Shown: positions 38,902 to 48,511, numbered from the stretch's first letter. The stretch: DNA of 64,000 nt from an uncultured Bacteroidales bacterium (GCA_964348755.1 CAYGDW010000009.1:38-64037); one strand, 5' to 3'. Translations and numbers: made by a program. Notes: generated from the letters alone by a model not told the origin.

Positions 38902-39660
38902 ATGTACAGCGAAACCGGAAAAAATAGTGTGGAGGTGTGTTTTTCTCCTCTTTCGTGGCCTTTGTTCGATAGCGAAAATGCAGTAGTGGTTATAACTGAT
39001 ATTTTCAGGGCAAGCACAGCCATGGTTGCAGGCATTCACAATGGCGTAAGGAGCATTATACCGGTATCCGAAATTAGCGAAAGCGAAGACTACAAGGCCA
39101 GGGGCTTTATAGTGGCTGGCGAGCGCGACGGGAAAAAACTTGACTGCGCCCACTTTGGCAATTCTCCTTTAAATTTTATGGAACCCTACCTCAGGGGCCA
39201 GACCATTTGCATGAACACCACAAACGGCACACAAGCCATAAAAGCTGTAGCCCATGGCAACAACGATGTGGTAATCGGGGCGTTTTTAAACATTAGTGCA
39301 GTAGCCCGGTTTGCCATAAATAAACAAAAACCTGTGGTAATTTTCTGTGCTGGTTGGAAAAACCGTTTCAGCCTCGAGGATACCCTGTTTGCAGGGGCTT
39401 TGGTTGAGCAGCTGATAATGGCTGGTCGCGGCGATTTTTATACTAAGTGCGATTCGGCCATTGCCAGTGCCGACCTTTGGCTGCTTGCAAAGGGCAATCT
39501 GACAGAATACCTTGAAAAAGCCTCGCACCGGCACCGCCTTCGCCGCATGGGTCTCGACGATATTATTGACTTCTCGCTTACTACCGACTTTACCACTGTG
39601 GTGCCAATTTTGCAAGGTATTGAATTGGTCAACGCCTCCCTTACAGGCTCCACAGGCTGA
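38902..39660 (+). CDS. 2-phosphosulfolactate phosphatase (ComB) family protein
   Basis: ITDIFRASTAMVAG near the N-terminus and an overall length of about 250 aa fit the ComB family. The ATG at 38902 is preferred over the TTG at 38893. Confidence 0.7.
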   Translation: MYSETGKNSVEVCFSPLSWPLFDSENAVVVITDIFRASTAMVAGIHNGVRSIIPVSEISESEDYKARGFIVAGERDGKKLDCAHFGNSPLNFMEPYLRGQTICMNTTNGTQAIKAVAHGNNDVVIGAFLNISAVARFAINKQKPVVIFCAGWKNRFSLEDTLFAGALVEQLIMAGRGDFYTKCDSAIASADLWLLAKGNLTEYLEKASHRHRLRRMGLDDIIDFSLTTDFTTVVPILQGIELVNASLTGSTG

Positions 39661-39722
39661 AGTGCTTGGCAGGTTGCCGGAAACTTATTATTTTTAGGGC
39701 CTTTAATCCACAATATTACTCA

Positions 39723-40715
39723 ATGCAACCTGCTAAAAAATACTTGCCAGCCATTATTTTCCTGCTCTTTTTTTGGCTCATTCCTCCGCTCGATGGGTAC
39801 GGTTTTGGCTTTGTAGCCCACCGCAAGATAAACCGAATGGCCGTATTTACCCTTCCTCCCGAAATGATTGGTTTTTTTAAAAAACACATAGAATACCTCT
39901 CGGAGCGAGCCATTGACCCTGACCGACGGGCACACGCCGTACCTGGCGAAGCCCCAAGGCATTATATCGACATCGATCATTTCGGCGAAAACCCTTTTGA
40001 GCTTATGCCCCGCCGCTGGAACCTTGCAGTGGAAAAATTCTCCGAAGACACCCTTTTGTTGCACGGTGTACTACCATGGCATGTTAATGTAATGATGGCC
40101 AGGCTTACCCGTGCCTTCGAGGAACGCGACATTGATCGCATTCTTTATACTGCAGCTCATATAGGGCATTATATAAGCGATGCCTGTACTCCCTTGCATA
40201 CTTCTAAGTTTTACAATGGCCGCACTCCCGAACAACGCGGAATACATGCATTTTGGGAAAGCCGCATCCCCGAAATGCTGGCAGAGGAGTTTAATTTTAT
40301 GGTGGGCCGCGCCCAATACCTAAATTCGCCACACGACCGGGTGTGGGAACTGGTCGAAATTAGTCACAACCAAGTAAATCGCATTTACGAGGTTTATGAC
40401 AGCCTTATGCAGAACTATACACCCGACCGCATTTATTCGCACGAAATGCGCGGAATGGCTGGTAACAGGGTCTTTTCGCGCGAATTTACATTGGCATTTA
40501 ACAATGGAATGAACAATATGGTTGAAGAACACATGCGCCTGGCCGTAAAATCGGTAGGAGATTTCTGGTTTACTGCCTGGGTAAACGCAGGACAGCCCGA
40601 CCTTTATCAACTCGAAAAGAGAGCAATAAGCCGCAACCACCGCCGACAAATTGAACGCGAACAGCAATTATGGCAAAACGCAAACGAGCCTGTTGGCAGA
40701 CCAAATCCTGATTAA
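39723..40715 (+). CDS. secreted zinc-dependent phospholipase C / S1-P1 nuclease superfamily protein
   Basis: The signal-like N-terminus (MQPAKKYLPAIIFLLFFW) is followed by GFGFVAHRKINRMA. There are multiple His/Asp clusters (HYIDIDHF, HIGHYISDACTPLH). Confidence 0.5.
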   Translation: MQPAKKYLPAIIFLLFFWLIPPLDGYGFGFVAHRKINRMAVFTLPPEMIGFFKKHIEYLSERAIDPDRRAHAVPGEAPRHYIDIDHFGENPFELMPRRWNLAVEKFSEDTLLLHGVLPWHVNVMMARLTRAFEERDIDRILYTAAHIGHYISDACTPLHTSKFYNGRTPEQRGIHAFWESRIPEMLAEEFNFMVGRAQYLNSPHDRVWELVEISHNQVNRIYEVYDSLMQNYTPDRIYSHEMRGMAGNRVFSREFTLAFNNGMNNMVEEHMRLAVKSVGDFWFTAWVNAGQPDLYQLEKRAISRNHRRQIEREQQLWQNANEPVGRPNPD

Positions 40716-40755
40716 AGAAAAACTAAATTTTTTCGAAAAGATACTCCCGTACCGT

Positions 40756-41193
40756 TTACTCCATGTACTTCATGTTATAATGAAACAACAGGATAAAAAA
40801 ACCGGTAATCAATAAAAACGGGGTTAGGGTTTTCATCAGCCAGAAAAACGGTACCTGAAGAAAAACAAAGGGCAGAATTACAAATAGCAACATGGAAACG
40901 GAAAATACCCAGTAGCCCTTTTTTATCTGGTTCCATATTTGAATAAGCCCCACAAAAGCCGTTACTGAAAGCACAAAGCAAATAATTGAAAATACCAATC
41001 CGCTAACCGAATACCAGCTCAGGGGCATAATACCGGGCCTTACAAACTCGAGCAATTCATTTCTGAAGCCTCCTAAAACCATAAAAAACAAAGAGAAAAT
41101 CAGCGTGAAACCGCCAAAAATAAAGGCCAGCACACAAAGCACTTTATACTGAAGTGGCCTATCTTGAAAGGATTGGATATACTCAGAAGTCAT
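40756..41193 (-). CDS. hypothetical integral membrane protein
   Basis: 145 aa with four predicted hydrophobic helices. No family recognised. Confidence 0.5.
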   Translation of the reverse strand: MTSEYIQSFQDRPLQYKVLCVLAFIFGGFTLIFSLFFMVLGGFRNELLEFVRPGIMPLSWYSVSGLVFSIICFVLSVTAFVGLIQIWNQIKKGYWVFSVSMLLFVILPFVFLQVPFFWLMKTLTPFLLITGFFILLFHYNMKYME

Positions 41194-41284
41194 AGCGCGA
41201 ACAGTTAATTTGCTTCAAATATAATAAATATTTAAATGTCAACCAACCAAAGGATTACTTTCATAAAAAAATTTTTATTTTCGA

Positions 41285-42787
41285 CTAACCAAAGTAATTG
41301 TCTGGGCGACGGTTTCCAATAAATTCGAGGGCTTTGACCATTTCATAATACATTACCTTATCGTCCTCAATAAACGGTACTGTTTTACGAAACTCATACA
41401 ATAACTTTTGTAGCACCGGCGATGTTTTTTCGCTTTCGCGGAAAGCCATTGCCTGACTGGCATTAATAAGTTCGATGGCAAGTATTTTCTGAATGTTTTC
41501 AACAATTTTAAGGGTTTTAACTGCAGCATTGGCACCCATGCTTACATGGTCTTCCTGCCCCTGGCTCGATTCGATTGAATCGACCGAGGCCGGGCTGCAA
41601 AGTTGCTTATTTTGGCTAACTATTGATGCTGCTGTGTATTGCAAAATCATAAGACCGGAATTGAGGCCCGGGTGAGCCACCAAAAATGAAGGAAGCTTGC
41701 GGGTGCCCGAAATAAGTCTGTAAACCCTGCGTTCTGAAATGTTTCCCAACTCGGCCAGTGCAATTCCTAAAAAATCGAGGGTTATGGCCAGGGGTTGGCC
41801 ATGAAAATTACCTGCTGAAATAATCAGATCGTCATCGGCAAAAAGCGTTGGATTATCAGTTACAGCATTAATCTCATCCTCAAAAACCCCGGCCACATAC
41901 CTTATGGCATCCTTGCTTGCGCCGTGTACCTGCGGAATGCAGCGAAACGAATATGGGTCCTGAACGTGATTTTTTTTATGGTTTATAAGTTGGCTCCCAT
42001 TTAGTATTTGCCTGAAACGAAGGGCTGTTTCAATTTGGCCTTTGTGATTTCGTACCTGGTGCACCTGTTCAAAGAAAGGCTCAATGCGCCCATCGTACCC
42101 TTCGAGCGAAAGCGCCCCGATCAGGTCGGCCCATGTGCTTAACTCAAAAGCCTTAAGCAGGCAAAAGCTTCCGATGGCTGCCATAAACTGTGTACCATTG
42201 AGCAAGGCCAAGCCTTCTTTCGAGCCCAAATCGAGCGGTTGCCAGCCTTTTTCTGCCAATACTTCTGAGGCCGCCTTGCGCTTCCCATTATAATAAACCT
42301 CACCCATACCCAGCAAAGGCAACGAAAGGTGGGCAAGCGGCGACAAATCGCCCGAAGCACCCAATGAACCTTGCTCGTAAACCACCGGCAAAATATCGTG
42401 GTTAAAAAAATCAATCAGGCGCTCAACCGTTTCGGGGCGAACGCCCGAATGGCCATAAGAAAGCGACTGAATTTTTAATAGCAGCATAAGCTTTACCAGC
42501 CCGGCATCAAGCTCCTGGCCCATTCCGCAGGCATGCGACATAACCAGGTTTTTTTGAAGTGTACCCAGTTCTTCAACAGAAATGCTATGGTTGCAAAGCG
42601 AACCAAAACCCGTGGTTACCCCATAAATTGGGGCTTGCTGGTGCTTTACCTTTTCATCGAGATACTGACGGCATCTGGTAATTTTTTGCCTCGATATTTC
42701 TGACAAAGCAAGCTTTTTTTTCTGACCAATAATTTCTTTTAGGGTGCTGAGGCCGATACGCTCGGGGCTTATATGGTGAATTTCCAT
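41285..42787 (-). CDS. hutH: histidine ammonia-lyase
   Basis: 500 aa with the MIO-forming GSLGASGDLSPLAHL motif and overall HAL/PAL family pattern. Confidence 0.92.
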   Translation of the reverse strand: MEIHHISPERIGLSTLKEIIGQKKKLALSEISRQKITRCRQYLDEKVKHQQAPIYGVTTGFGSLCNHSISVEELGTLQKNLVMSHACGMGQELDAGLVKLMLLLKIQSLSYGHSGVRPETVERLIDFFNHDILPVVYEQGSLGASGDLSPLAHLSLPLLGMGEVYYNGKRKAASEVLAEKGWQPLDLGSKEGLALLNGTQFMAAIGSFCLLKAFELSTWADLIGALSLEGYDGRIEPFFEQVHQVRNHKGQIETALRFRQILNGSQLINHKKNHVQDPYSFRCIPQVHGASKDAIRYVAGVFEDEINAVTDNPTLFADDDLIISAGNFHGQPLAITLDFLGIALAELGNISERRVYRLISGTRKLPSFLVAHPGLNSGLMILQYTAASIVSQNKQLCSPASVDSIESSQGQEDHVSMGANAAVKTLKIVENIQKILAIELINASQAMAFRESEKTSPVLQKLLYEFRKTVPFIEDDKVMYYEMVKALEFIGNRRPDNYFG

Positions 42788-42799
42788 TATCGTATAAAG

Positions 42800-44176
42800 T
42801 TATTGGGTGTGGGTAGTAAGGATTTCAATCAGTGCATCGACCGTCAATTGCTGCTGCTGACCAGTTCGCATATTTTTGAGCGAGTAAAGGCCCTGCGAAA
42901 TTTCACTATCGCCTGCCATCAACACAAAGGGTATTTGGTTTTTGTCGGCATATTGCAATTGTTTTTTCATTTTGGAAACATCAGGATACATTTCGCAACT
43001 AATGCCAATTTGGCGAAGCTTTTGCAGCAAAGGAAGACAGTAGTTTAGCTCGCTTTGGCCAAAATTTATTGCCAGTACCTTGGTAAACAACCCCAATTCT
43101 TGCGGGAAAAGACCCAATTCATTCATTACGTCGTAAATGCGGTCAGCCCCAAAAGAAATACCCACACCCGAAACACCCGGCAGCCCGAAAATACCGGTAA
43201 GGTCGTCGTAGCGCCCCCCGCCACAAATGCTGCCCATATCCACATCAAGAGCCTTAACTTCAATAATTGCACCAGTATAATAATTAAGACCACGTGCAAG
43301 GGTTAAATCTAGCTCAACAGGGCAAAATGTTGGCGTTGCAGAAATTACCTCAAAAACTTCACGAATTTCTTCAATTCCCTTTAGGCCAACCTCATAGGCA
43401 GAGAGAATGTCAGAAAGGACTTCAATTTTATGAATGTCAGAGCCTTTCAGTAATAAAACAGGCTGAAGTTTGTCAATGGCAGTTTGGCTAAGCCCGCGCT
43501 GAAGCAACTCTTCATTAACCTTTTGCAGGCCAATCTTGTCAATTTTGTCAATTGCAATGGTTATATCGGTAAGCTTTTCGGCAAAACCAATATATTGGGC
43601 AATGCCGGCAAGAATTTTGCGATTGTTGAATTTAATTGCTACCCTAACGCCCAGCTCTGAAAAGATGCCGTCAATTATCTGAAAAAACTCAGCTTCATTT
43701 ACCAGCGAGTCGCTACCTACCACATCAACATCGCACTGAAAAAATTCGCGGTAGCGCCCCTTCTGAGGCCGGTCGGCGCGCCACACGGGCTGTATCTGGT
43801 AGCGCTTAAATGGAAATGTAATCTGGTTTTGGTTCTGTACCACAAAGCGGGCAAAAGGCACGGTAAGGTCGTATCGAAGGGCCTTTTCGCAAATTTGGCC
43901 GGAGAGCTTGGCCGAATCTTTTGAAACCCAGTCAATTTCTTCGACTTTCGAAGCGAAATTTCCCGAGTTCAGAATTCTAAAAATTAGCCGGTCGCCCTCT
44001 TCGCCATACTTGCCCATTAGGGTCGAAAGGCTTTCCATGGCAGGGGTTTCAATGGGCTTAAAGCCATGCAATTGAAATACCCTTCTAATGGTATTAAATA
44101 TCAGCTCCCTTCCCGCAATTTCAAGCGGCGAAAAGTCGCGCGTGCCTTTTGGTATGCCTGGTTTTTGAACGGCCAT
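42800..44176 (-). CDS. hisS: histidine--tRNA ligase
   Basis: It has P.GTRDF.P, class II motifs (..FRIL.., ..[13 protein letters not shown].., GGGRYD) and a C-terminal anticodon-binding domain. The ATG at 44176 is preferred; the track start at 44263 lies upstream of the predicted promoter. Confidence 0.93.
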   Translation of the reverse strand: MAVQKPGIPKGTRDFSPLEIAGRELIFNTIRRVFQLHGFKPIETPAMESLSTLMGKYGEEGDRLIFRILNSGNFASKVEEIDWVSKDSAKLSGQICEKALRYDLTVPFARFVVQNQNQITFPFKRYQIQPVWRADRPQKGRYREFFQCDVDVVGSDSLVNEAEFFQIIDGIFSELGVRVAIKFNNRKILAGIAQYIGFAEKLTDITIAIDKIDKIGLQKVNEELLQRGLSQTAIDKLQPVLLLKGSDIHKIEVLSDILSAYEVGLKGIEEIREVFEVISATPTFCPVELDLTLARGLNYYTGAIIEVKALDVDMGSICGGGRYDDLTGIFGLPGVSGVGISFGADRIYDVMNELGLFPQELGLFTKVLAINFGQSELNYCLPLLQKLRQIGISCEMYPDVSKMKKQLQYADKNQIPFVLMAGDSEISQGLYSLKNMRTGQQQQLTVDALIEILTTHTQ

Positions 44177-44199
44177 ATTTTTAGTTGTATTTTGAATGG

Positions 44200-44207
44200 C
44201 AAAATTA
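44200..44207 (-). promoter_or_regulatory. putative -7 box TAatTTTG (minus strand)
   Basis: The plus-strand caaaatta lies 24 nt upstream of the hisS ATG at 44176. Confidence 0.45.
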
Positions 44208-44277
44208 CGCCCTTTTTTGCAAAAAGCCGGTCTAAAAATAAAATCACATTTAGCAAAACCCATTGAACAAATTTTCT

Positions 44278-44285
44278 TAAATTTG
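44278..44285 (+). promoter_or_regulatory. putative -7 box TAaaTTTG
   Basis: Exact match about 120 nt upstream of the ATG at 44406, which implies a long AT-rich leader. Confidence 0.35.
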
Positions 44286-44405
44286 CTTTAGAAATTTTAT
44301 AGCTATTTTTAGTTATATTCTTTAAGTTAAAATTCTTTAATCAAGTTTTTTATTCTCTGCAAAAACACAATTTATCAATTATTGATCCTAAATTATTAAC
44401 CCTTT

Positions 44406-45329
44406 ATGGAAAGTAAAAACCGCCTGACACGGCTCGGGGTGTTTTATGATGGCAATTATTTTTTACATGTAAGCAACTATTATAACTACGTTCATCCTCG
44501 AAAAAGACGATTAAGTATATCAGGTTTGCATGATTTTATCAGGCATCAGGTTGCCGATGCCGAAGGAAGTGATTTTGAACTTTGTCATATTGTCGATGCC
44601 CATTATTTCAGAGGCCGCATCAATGCCCAGGAAGCAGCCCAAAGAGGAAACCAGCTTTATTATGAAAGGGTTTTCGACGATATTTTAATGTCGGAGGGAG
44701 TGGTAACCCATTATTTCCCGCTAAAATCGTATTTTGGCAAGCGCGAAGAAAAAAGTGTAGATGTTTACCTTGCCCTCGAAGCCTACGAAAGGGCAATTTC
44801 CGGAAAAATAGATGTGTTGGTGCTGATCAGTTCCGATGGCGACTTTGTGCCCCTTATCCGCAAGGTAAATGCCATGGGGATAAGAGTAATGGTGCTTTGC
44901 TGGGATTTTGAGTTTACCAACGACGAAGGCCAGAAAATGGTTACACGCACCTCGCAGCAATTGTTAGAGGAAGTATCGTACCCCATTCCCATGCATGAAC
45001 TCATAGACAATCGCCTCAAAAAAAATGACCCGGGCATAATCAGCCTCTTTGTACAGGAAGAATTTTCAACGCCTTCGGCCAGCAGCAGCACCGAGGAAGA
45101 GGATAAATTTAACCGGATCGATCAGGACGAAGTGCATATCAGCGAGGTGCTAAGCCTCAAAAACGGCTACGGTTTTATTAAATATCCAAACAACAACCTT
45201 TTCTTTCATTATACCGATGTACTCAATGTCGATTTTAACGAATTACTCACAGGAGATGAGGTTGAGTTTACCGTTGAACGAAAGTTTAATGGGCAGGATG
45301 TTGCCAAAAATGTTAGGAAAATAAATTAA
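44406..45329 (+). CDS. NYN (LabA-like) nuclease domain fused to a C-terminal cold-shock domain
   Basis: The N-terminal part has LGVFYDGNYF, KSVDVYLALEA and ISSDGDFVPLI, which carry the NYN acidic residues. A Ser/Glu linker follows. The C-terminal part has NGYGFIKY..LFFHY..GDEVEFTVE....G..AKNV, the CSD RNP1/RNP2 pattern. Confidence 0.78.
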   Translation: MESKNRLTRLGVFYDGNYFLHVSNYYNYVHPRKRRLSISGLHDFIRHQVADAEGSDFELCHIVDAHYFRGRINAQEAAQRGNQLYYERVFDDILMSEGVVTHYFPLKSYFGKREEKSVDVYLALEAYERAISGKIDVLVLISSDGDFVPLIRKVNAMGIRVMVLCWDFEFTNDEGQKMVTRTSQQLLEEVSYPIPMHELIDNRLKKNDPGIISLFVQEEFSTPSASSSTEEEDKFNRIDQDEVHISEVLSLKNGYGFIKYPNNNLFFHYTDVLNVDFNELLTGDEVEFTVERKFNGQDVAKNVRKIN

Positions 45330-45450
45330 GTTGACCATTTTAAATAAACTGCGTCTAATTCAGACCTTTTTAGATTAATGCTTCGACTGGTGCAACTCCA
45401 TTAACGCATTAACCGATAATTAGTAATAAAAAGAGCAGTTTTAAGCAGTT

Positions 45451-46620
45451 TTATCCTTTTATTACCGCAAGGGGTTTGAGTTCTACCATGATGTCCACAA
45501 GGTCGTTCTGGTTTTTCATTACCATAGCAATATCTTTATAGGCGCCAGAGGCTTCTTCGAGGTCGCCTTCACGGCGAATGGCATGCAGAATGCCCTTTTT
45601 CTCAAGTTTTTCAATTTCCTTTTTAAGGTCGAGAGAGCGAATGGCTTCTTTGCGGCCCATTTTGCGACCGGCACCATGCGAGCAACTCTCAAAGCTTTCG
45701 GGGTTTCCTTTTCCTTTTACAATATAGCTGTTAGCCCCCTGGCTGCCAGGTATAATGCCGGTGGTATCAATGCCCGCTCTGGTAGCTCCTTTTCGGTGAA
45801 CAATAACCTGGTGCCCGAAATGCTTTTCGGCCGAGGCATAATTGTGGGCAATATTAATTACTGGAGCAACCCTAAATGCTCCCTTAAAATGCTTTTCAAA
45901 CACCGAAAGGATATTGTCAATAATAAGGCGGCGATTGGCAAAGGCAAAATCGACGCAGTAATTCATTTCGGCCAGGTATTGCCGCCCCTGGCTACTGTCA
46001 ATTGGAAGCCAGGCAAGCTGGGCCGATTTGGGCACCGTGCTCTTCCACTCCTCATTTAGCTTTATTGCCAATTGATTGTAATAATCAGCCACTTGCTTGC
46101 CAATATTGCGGCTGCCCGAATGCACCATAATCCAGATTTGCCCATCAGACCCTTTTTGTACTTCAATAAAATGATTCCCCCCGCCCAAGGTGCCTATCTG
46201 GTAGGTGGCACTATCGTACTCGCAGTTTACTACAGGCAAATTTGCCAGGCCTTTTCGTTGGGGCATTCGCTGTTCATCCTGCTTTTTGCAATGATGCTTA
46301 AAACCCAATGGCACCAGTTGCCTTATATCAACCATAATGTTTTTCAGGGTGTTCTGGTCAATTTCACTTAGCGAGGTTTGCACCGCACACATGCCGCAGC
46401 CAATATCTACCCCAACGGCATTCGGAATAATAACATCTTTGGTGGCCAGTACCCCCCCAATGGGCATTCCGAAGCCCTGGTGGCAATCGGGCATTAGTGC
46501 AATATGCCTGAATGCAAATGGCAGCCTGGCCAGGTTGCGGGCCTGCTCAAGAGCACCCGGCTCAACCTTGTCGAGCCAAAGTTTGATAGGTAAAGGTTCG
46601 TCGGTTATCTGGCTTATCAT
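45451..46620 (-). CDS. rtcB: RtcB-family RNA 3'-phosphate ligase
   Basis: The motifs DIGCGM, GGGNHFIE, HSGSRNIG, HNYA, HRKGAT and SCSHGAGR are all present. Length is 389 aa. Confidence 0.92.
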   Translation of the reverse strand: MISQITDEPLPIKLWLDKVEPGALEQARNLARLPFAFRHIALMPDCHQGFGMPIGGVLATKDVIIPNAVGVDIGCGMCAVQTSLSEIDQNTLKNIMVDIRQLVPLGFKHHCKKQDEQRMPQRKGLANLPVVNCEYDSATYQIGTLGGGNHFIEVQKGSDGQIWIMVHSGSRNIGKQVADYYNQLAIKLNEEWKSTVPKSAQLAWLPIDSSQGRQYLAEMNYCVDFAFANRRLIIDNILSVFEKHFKGAFRVAPVINIAHNYASAEKHFGHQVIVHRKGATRAGIDTTGIIPGSQGANSYIVKGKGNPESFESCSHGAGRKMGRKEAIRSLDLKKEIEKLEKKGILHAIRREGDLEEASGAYKDIAMVMKNQNDLVDIMVELKPLAVIKG

Positions 46621-46720
46621 TTTTTAAAAATTGAACCATGAAGTTAGGCATTTTTCGGAAATTTTACCATAAATAGCTTCAATTGCCTTACAATACACAA
46701 TTTTCAAAGCCCAATATTCT

Positions 46721-46728
46721 TACCTTTG
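46721..46728 (+). promoter_or_regulatory. putative -7 box TAccTTTG
   Basis: Exact match 25 nt upstream of the ychF ATG at 46753. Confidence 0.45.
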
Positions 46729-46752
46729 CACCAGAAAAAAGAAAACTGAATT

Positions 46753-47838
46753 ATGGCATTAAACTGTGGCATGGTAGGCCTTACCGGTAGTGGTAAAACT
46801 ACACTTTTCAATTCATTATCAAAAGGCCGTATGGCCGATACCGATGTAGCCGGTAAACCCAATATTGGGCAAATTGAAGTGCCCGACCCGAGGTTGGATG
46901 CCATTGCGGCCATTGTTAAACCTGTAAAGGTGGTGCGCACCAACGTGGAGATTATCGATATTCCGGGCTTAACTAAGGGTGGGGCCACGCAAAAAGGGGC
47001 CGGCCAGTTTCTGGCCGAGATAAGGCAAACTGACACCATTATACATGTGCTGCGATGCTTTGATAATGAGCTTGTGCCTCATATCGAGGGTTCGGTAAAC
47101 CCCCTGCGCGACAAGGAGACCATAGACCTTGAGCTGATAGCCAAAGACTTAGAAACCCTTGAAAAGAAAATTCAACGCGTGGAAAAGCTTGTGAGGATTG
47201 GCGACAAGGATGCAAAAAAAATGCTTGATGTGTTAAAAAGCCTTCAGGAACATTTCGAAAATGGCGAGCCGGCAAGGAGCTACCAGGTTGAGGATGGCGA
47301 CATAGCTTATTTGGATGATTGTTTCTTTTTGACCATAAAGCCGGTGATATATGTGTGCAACGTGGATGAAGAGTCGGCAGCCTGTGGCAATAAATACACC
47401 TCCATGCTAAAGCCTGTAATAGAAAAAGAGGGAGCCGAGATGCTGATTATTGCTGCAAAGGCCGAAGCCGAAATTGCCCAGCTCGAAACCCTGGAAGACC
47501 GCCTTGCATTTCTTCAGGATTTAGGACTTAACGAACCAGGGGTTAATAAATTGGTACGCGCGGCTTACCACACGCTTAAACTGCAAACATTTTTTACAGA
47601 AGGCCCAAAGGAAGTGAGAGCCTGGACAATAAAAGCCGGAACACCCGCCCCAAAGGCAGCCGGAGTTATCCATTCAGACCTCGAAAGGGGTTTTATTAGG
47701 GCAGAAGTAAAGCGTTGGGAAGATTTTGTTGAACTGGGATCGGAACACGCATGCAAGCAGGCCGGAAAGTTTCATATTGAAGGCAAAACGTATATTGTAA
47801 AAGACGGCGACATATTTCACGTGCGTTTCAACGTGTAA
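46753..47838 (+). CDS. ychF: ribosome-binding ATPase YchF
   Basis: It has the P-loop GLTGSGKTTLFN, a coiled-coil insert and the C-terminal RAWTIKAGT.APKAAGVIHSDLERGFIRAEV. Length is 361 aa. Confidence 0.9.
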   Translation: MALNCGMVGLTGSGKTTLFNSLSKGRMADTDVAGKPNIGQIEVPDPRLDAIAAIVKPVKVVRTNVEIIDIPGLTKGGATQKGAGQFLAEIRQTDTIIHVLRCFDNELVPHIEGSVNPLRDKETIDLELIAKDLETLEKKIQRVEKLVRIGDKDAKKMLDVLKSLQEHFENGEPARSYQVEDGDIAYLDDCFFLTIKPVIYVCNVDEESAACGNKYTSMLKPVIEKEGAEMLIIAAKAEAEIAQLETLEDRLAFLQDLGLNEPGVNKLVRAAYHTLKLQTFFTEGPKEVRAWTIKAGTPAPKAAGVIHSDLERGFIRAEVKRWEDFVELGSEHACKQAGKFHIEGKTYIVKDGDIFHVRFNV

Positions 47839-47855
47839 ATAGGGTTAAGAGTTTT

Positions 47856-47886
47856 AAAGGTGATAAACGGCAAGTTTATCACCTTT
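47856..47886 (+). terminator. hairpin terminator after ychF
   Basis: A perfect 13-bp stem (aaaggtgataaac / gtttatcaccttt) with a 5-nt loop lies 18 nt after the stop. The T-run is only the three stem T residues. Confidence 0.6.
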
Positions 47887-47922
47887 AAATATTCTTTATT
47901 ACTACTGGCCGACAAAAATTAC

Positions 47923-48060
47923 GAGATTTCTCGCTCCGCTCGAAATGACAGGGCTTTCAACGGGTTTGGCAATTTGGGGGGTAGGTGGTGGCAAAGCCGC
48001 CACCTACCCCCCTTAACAAAAAGCTAACTGACTGTCATTCCGAACGTAGTGAGGAATCTC
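47923..48060. repeat. 138-bp nested-palindrome (MITE/REP-like) intergenic element
   Basis: The outer 29-nt arms gagatttctcgctccgctcgaaatgacag (47923-47951) and ctgtcattccgaacgtagtgaggaatctc (48032-48060) are about 23/29 complementary. The inner 17-bp GC-rich hairpin runs 47976-47992 / 47996-48012, with a 3-nt loop and one G-T pair. Confidence 0.75.
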
Positions 48061-48125
48061 ATGCATAAAACACTACCCTTTTTTACTTAATCGGACAACA
48101 GTGATTCTTTATATCTCCTTAAGGG

Positions 48126-48509
48126 TCAGGCTTCGAAGAAGTCCTGAAGGGCATCGAGATAAAATTCCTTCCAACCCAAAAGCATATTTTGGTATGCGTC
48201 ATCGGGTATTCCGGTATGCTCTACAAGTATCTGTGTGCCCCCTTTTTCAGGAAAAAGCTTGATGGTTACTACCGATTCTTCAACTTCACCTTCAAAATAC
48301 CACTGCTGCTTAAGCATTACTCCGGGTTCAAACTCCAGGTTGTGGCCGGTAATTTCGCCATTGAGCATGCTAAACTCCGATCCGGGTGTTTCGCTCATTA
48401 CAGCAGGTTCGTTGGTCCAAAGCTCTATGGTAAAAGGGTTGGTAAGCGCCCGATAAATCTCTTCGGGGGTAGAGTTTATTTTGCGGTAAAGTTTTATGCT
48501 TTTAGCCAT
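48126..48509 (-). CDS. SRPBCC / AHSA1-like domain protein
   Basis: 127 aa. The sequences ..INSTPEEIYRALTNP..I..W.. and ..LVEHTGIP...... fit the Aha1/START-like fold family. Confidence 0.75.
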   Translation of the reverse strand: MAKSIKLYRKINSTPEEIYRALTNPFTIELWTNEPAVMSETPGSEFSMLNGEITGHNLEFEPGVMLKQQWYFEGEVEESVVTIKLFPEKGGTQILVEHTGIPDDAYQNMLLGWKEFYLDALQDFFEA

Positions 48510-48511
48510 GA

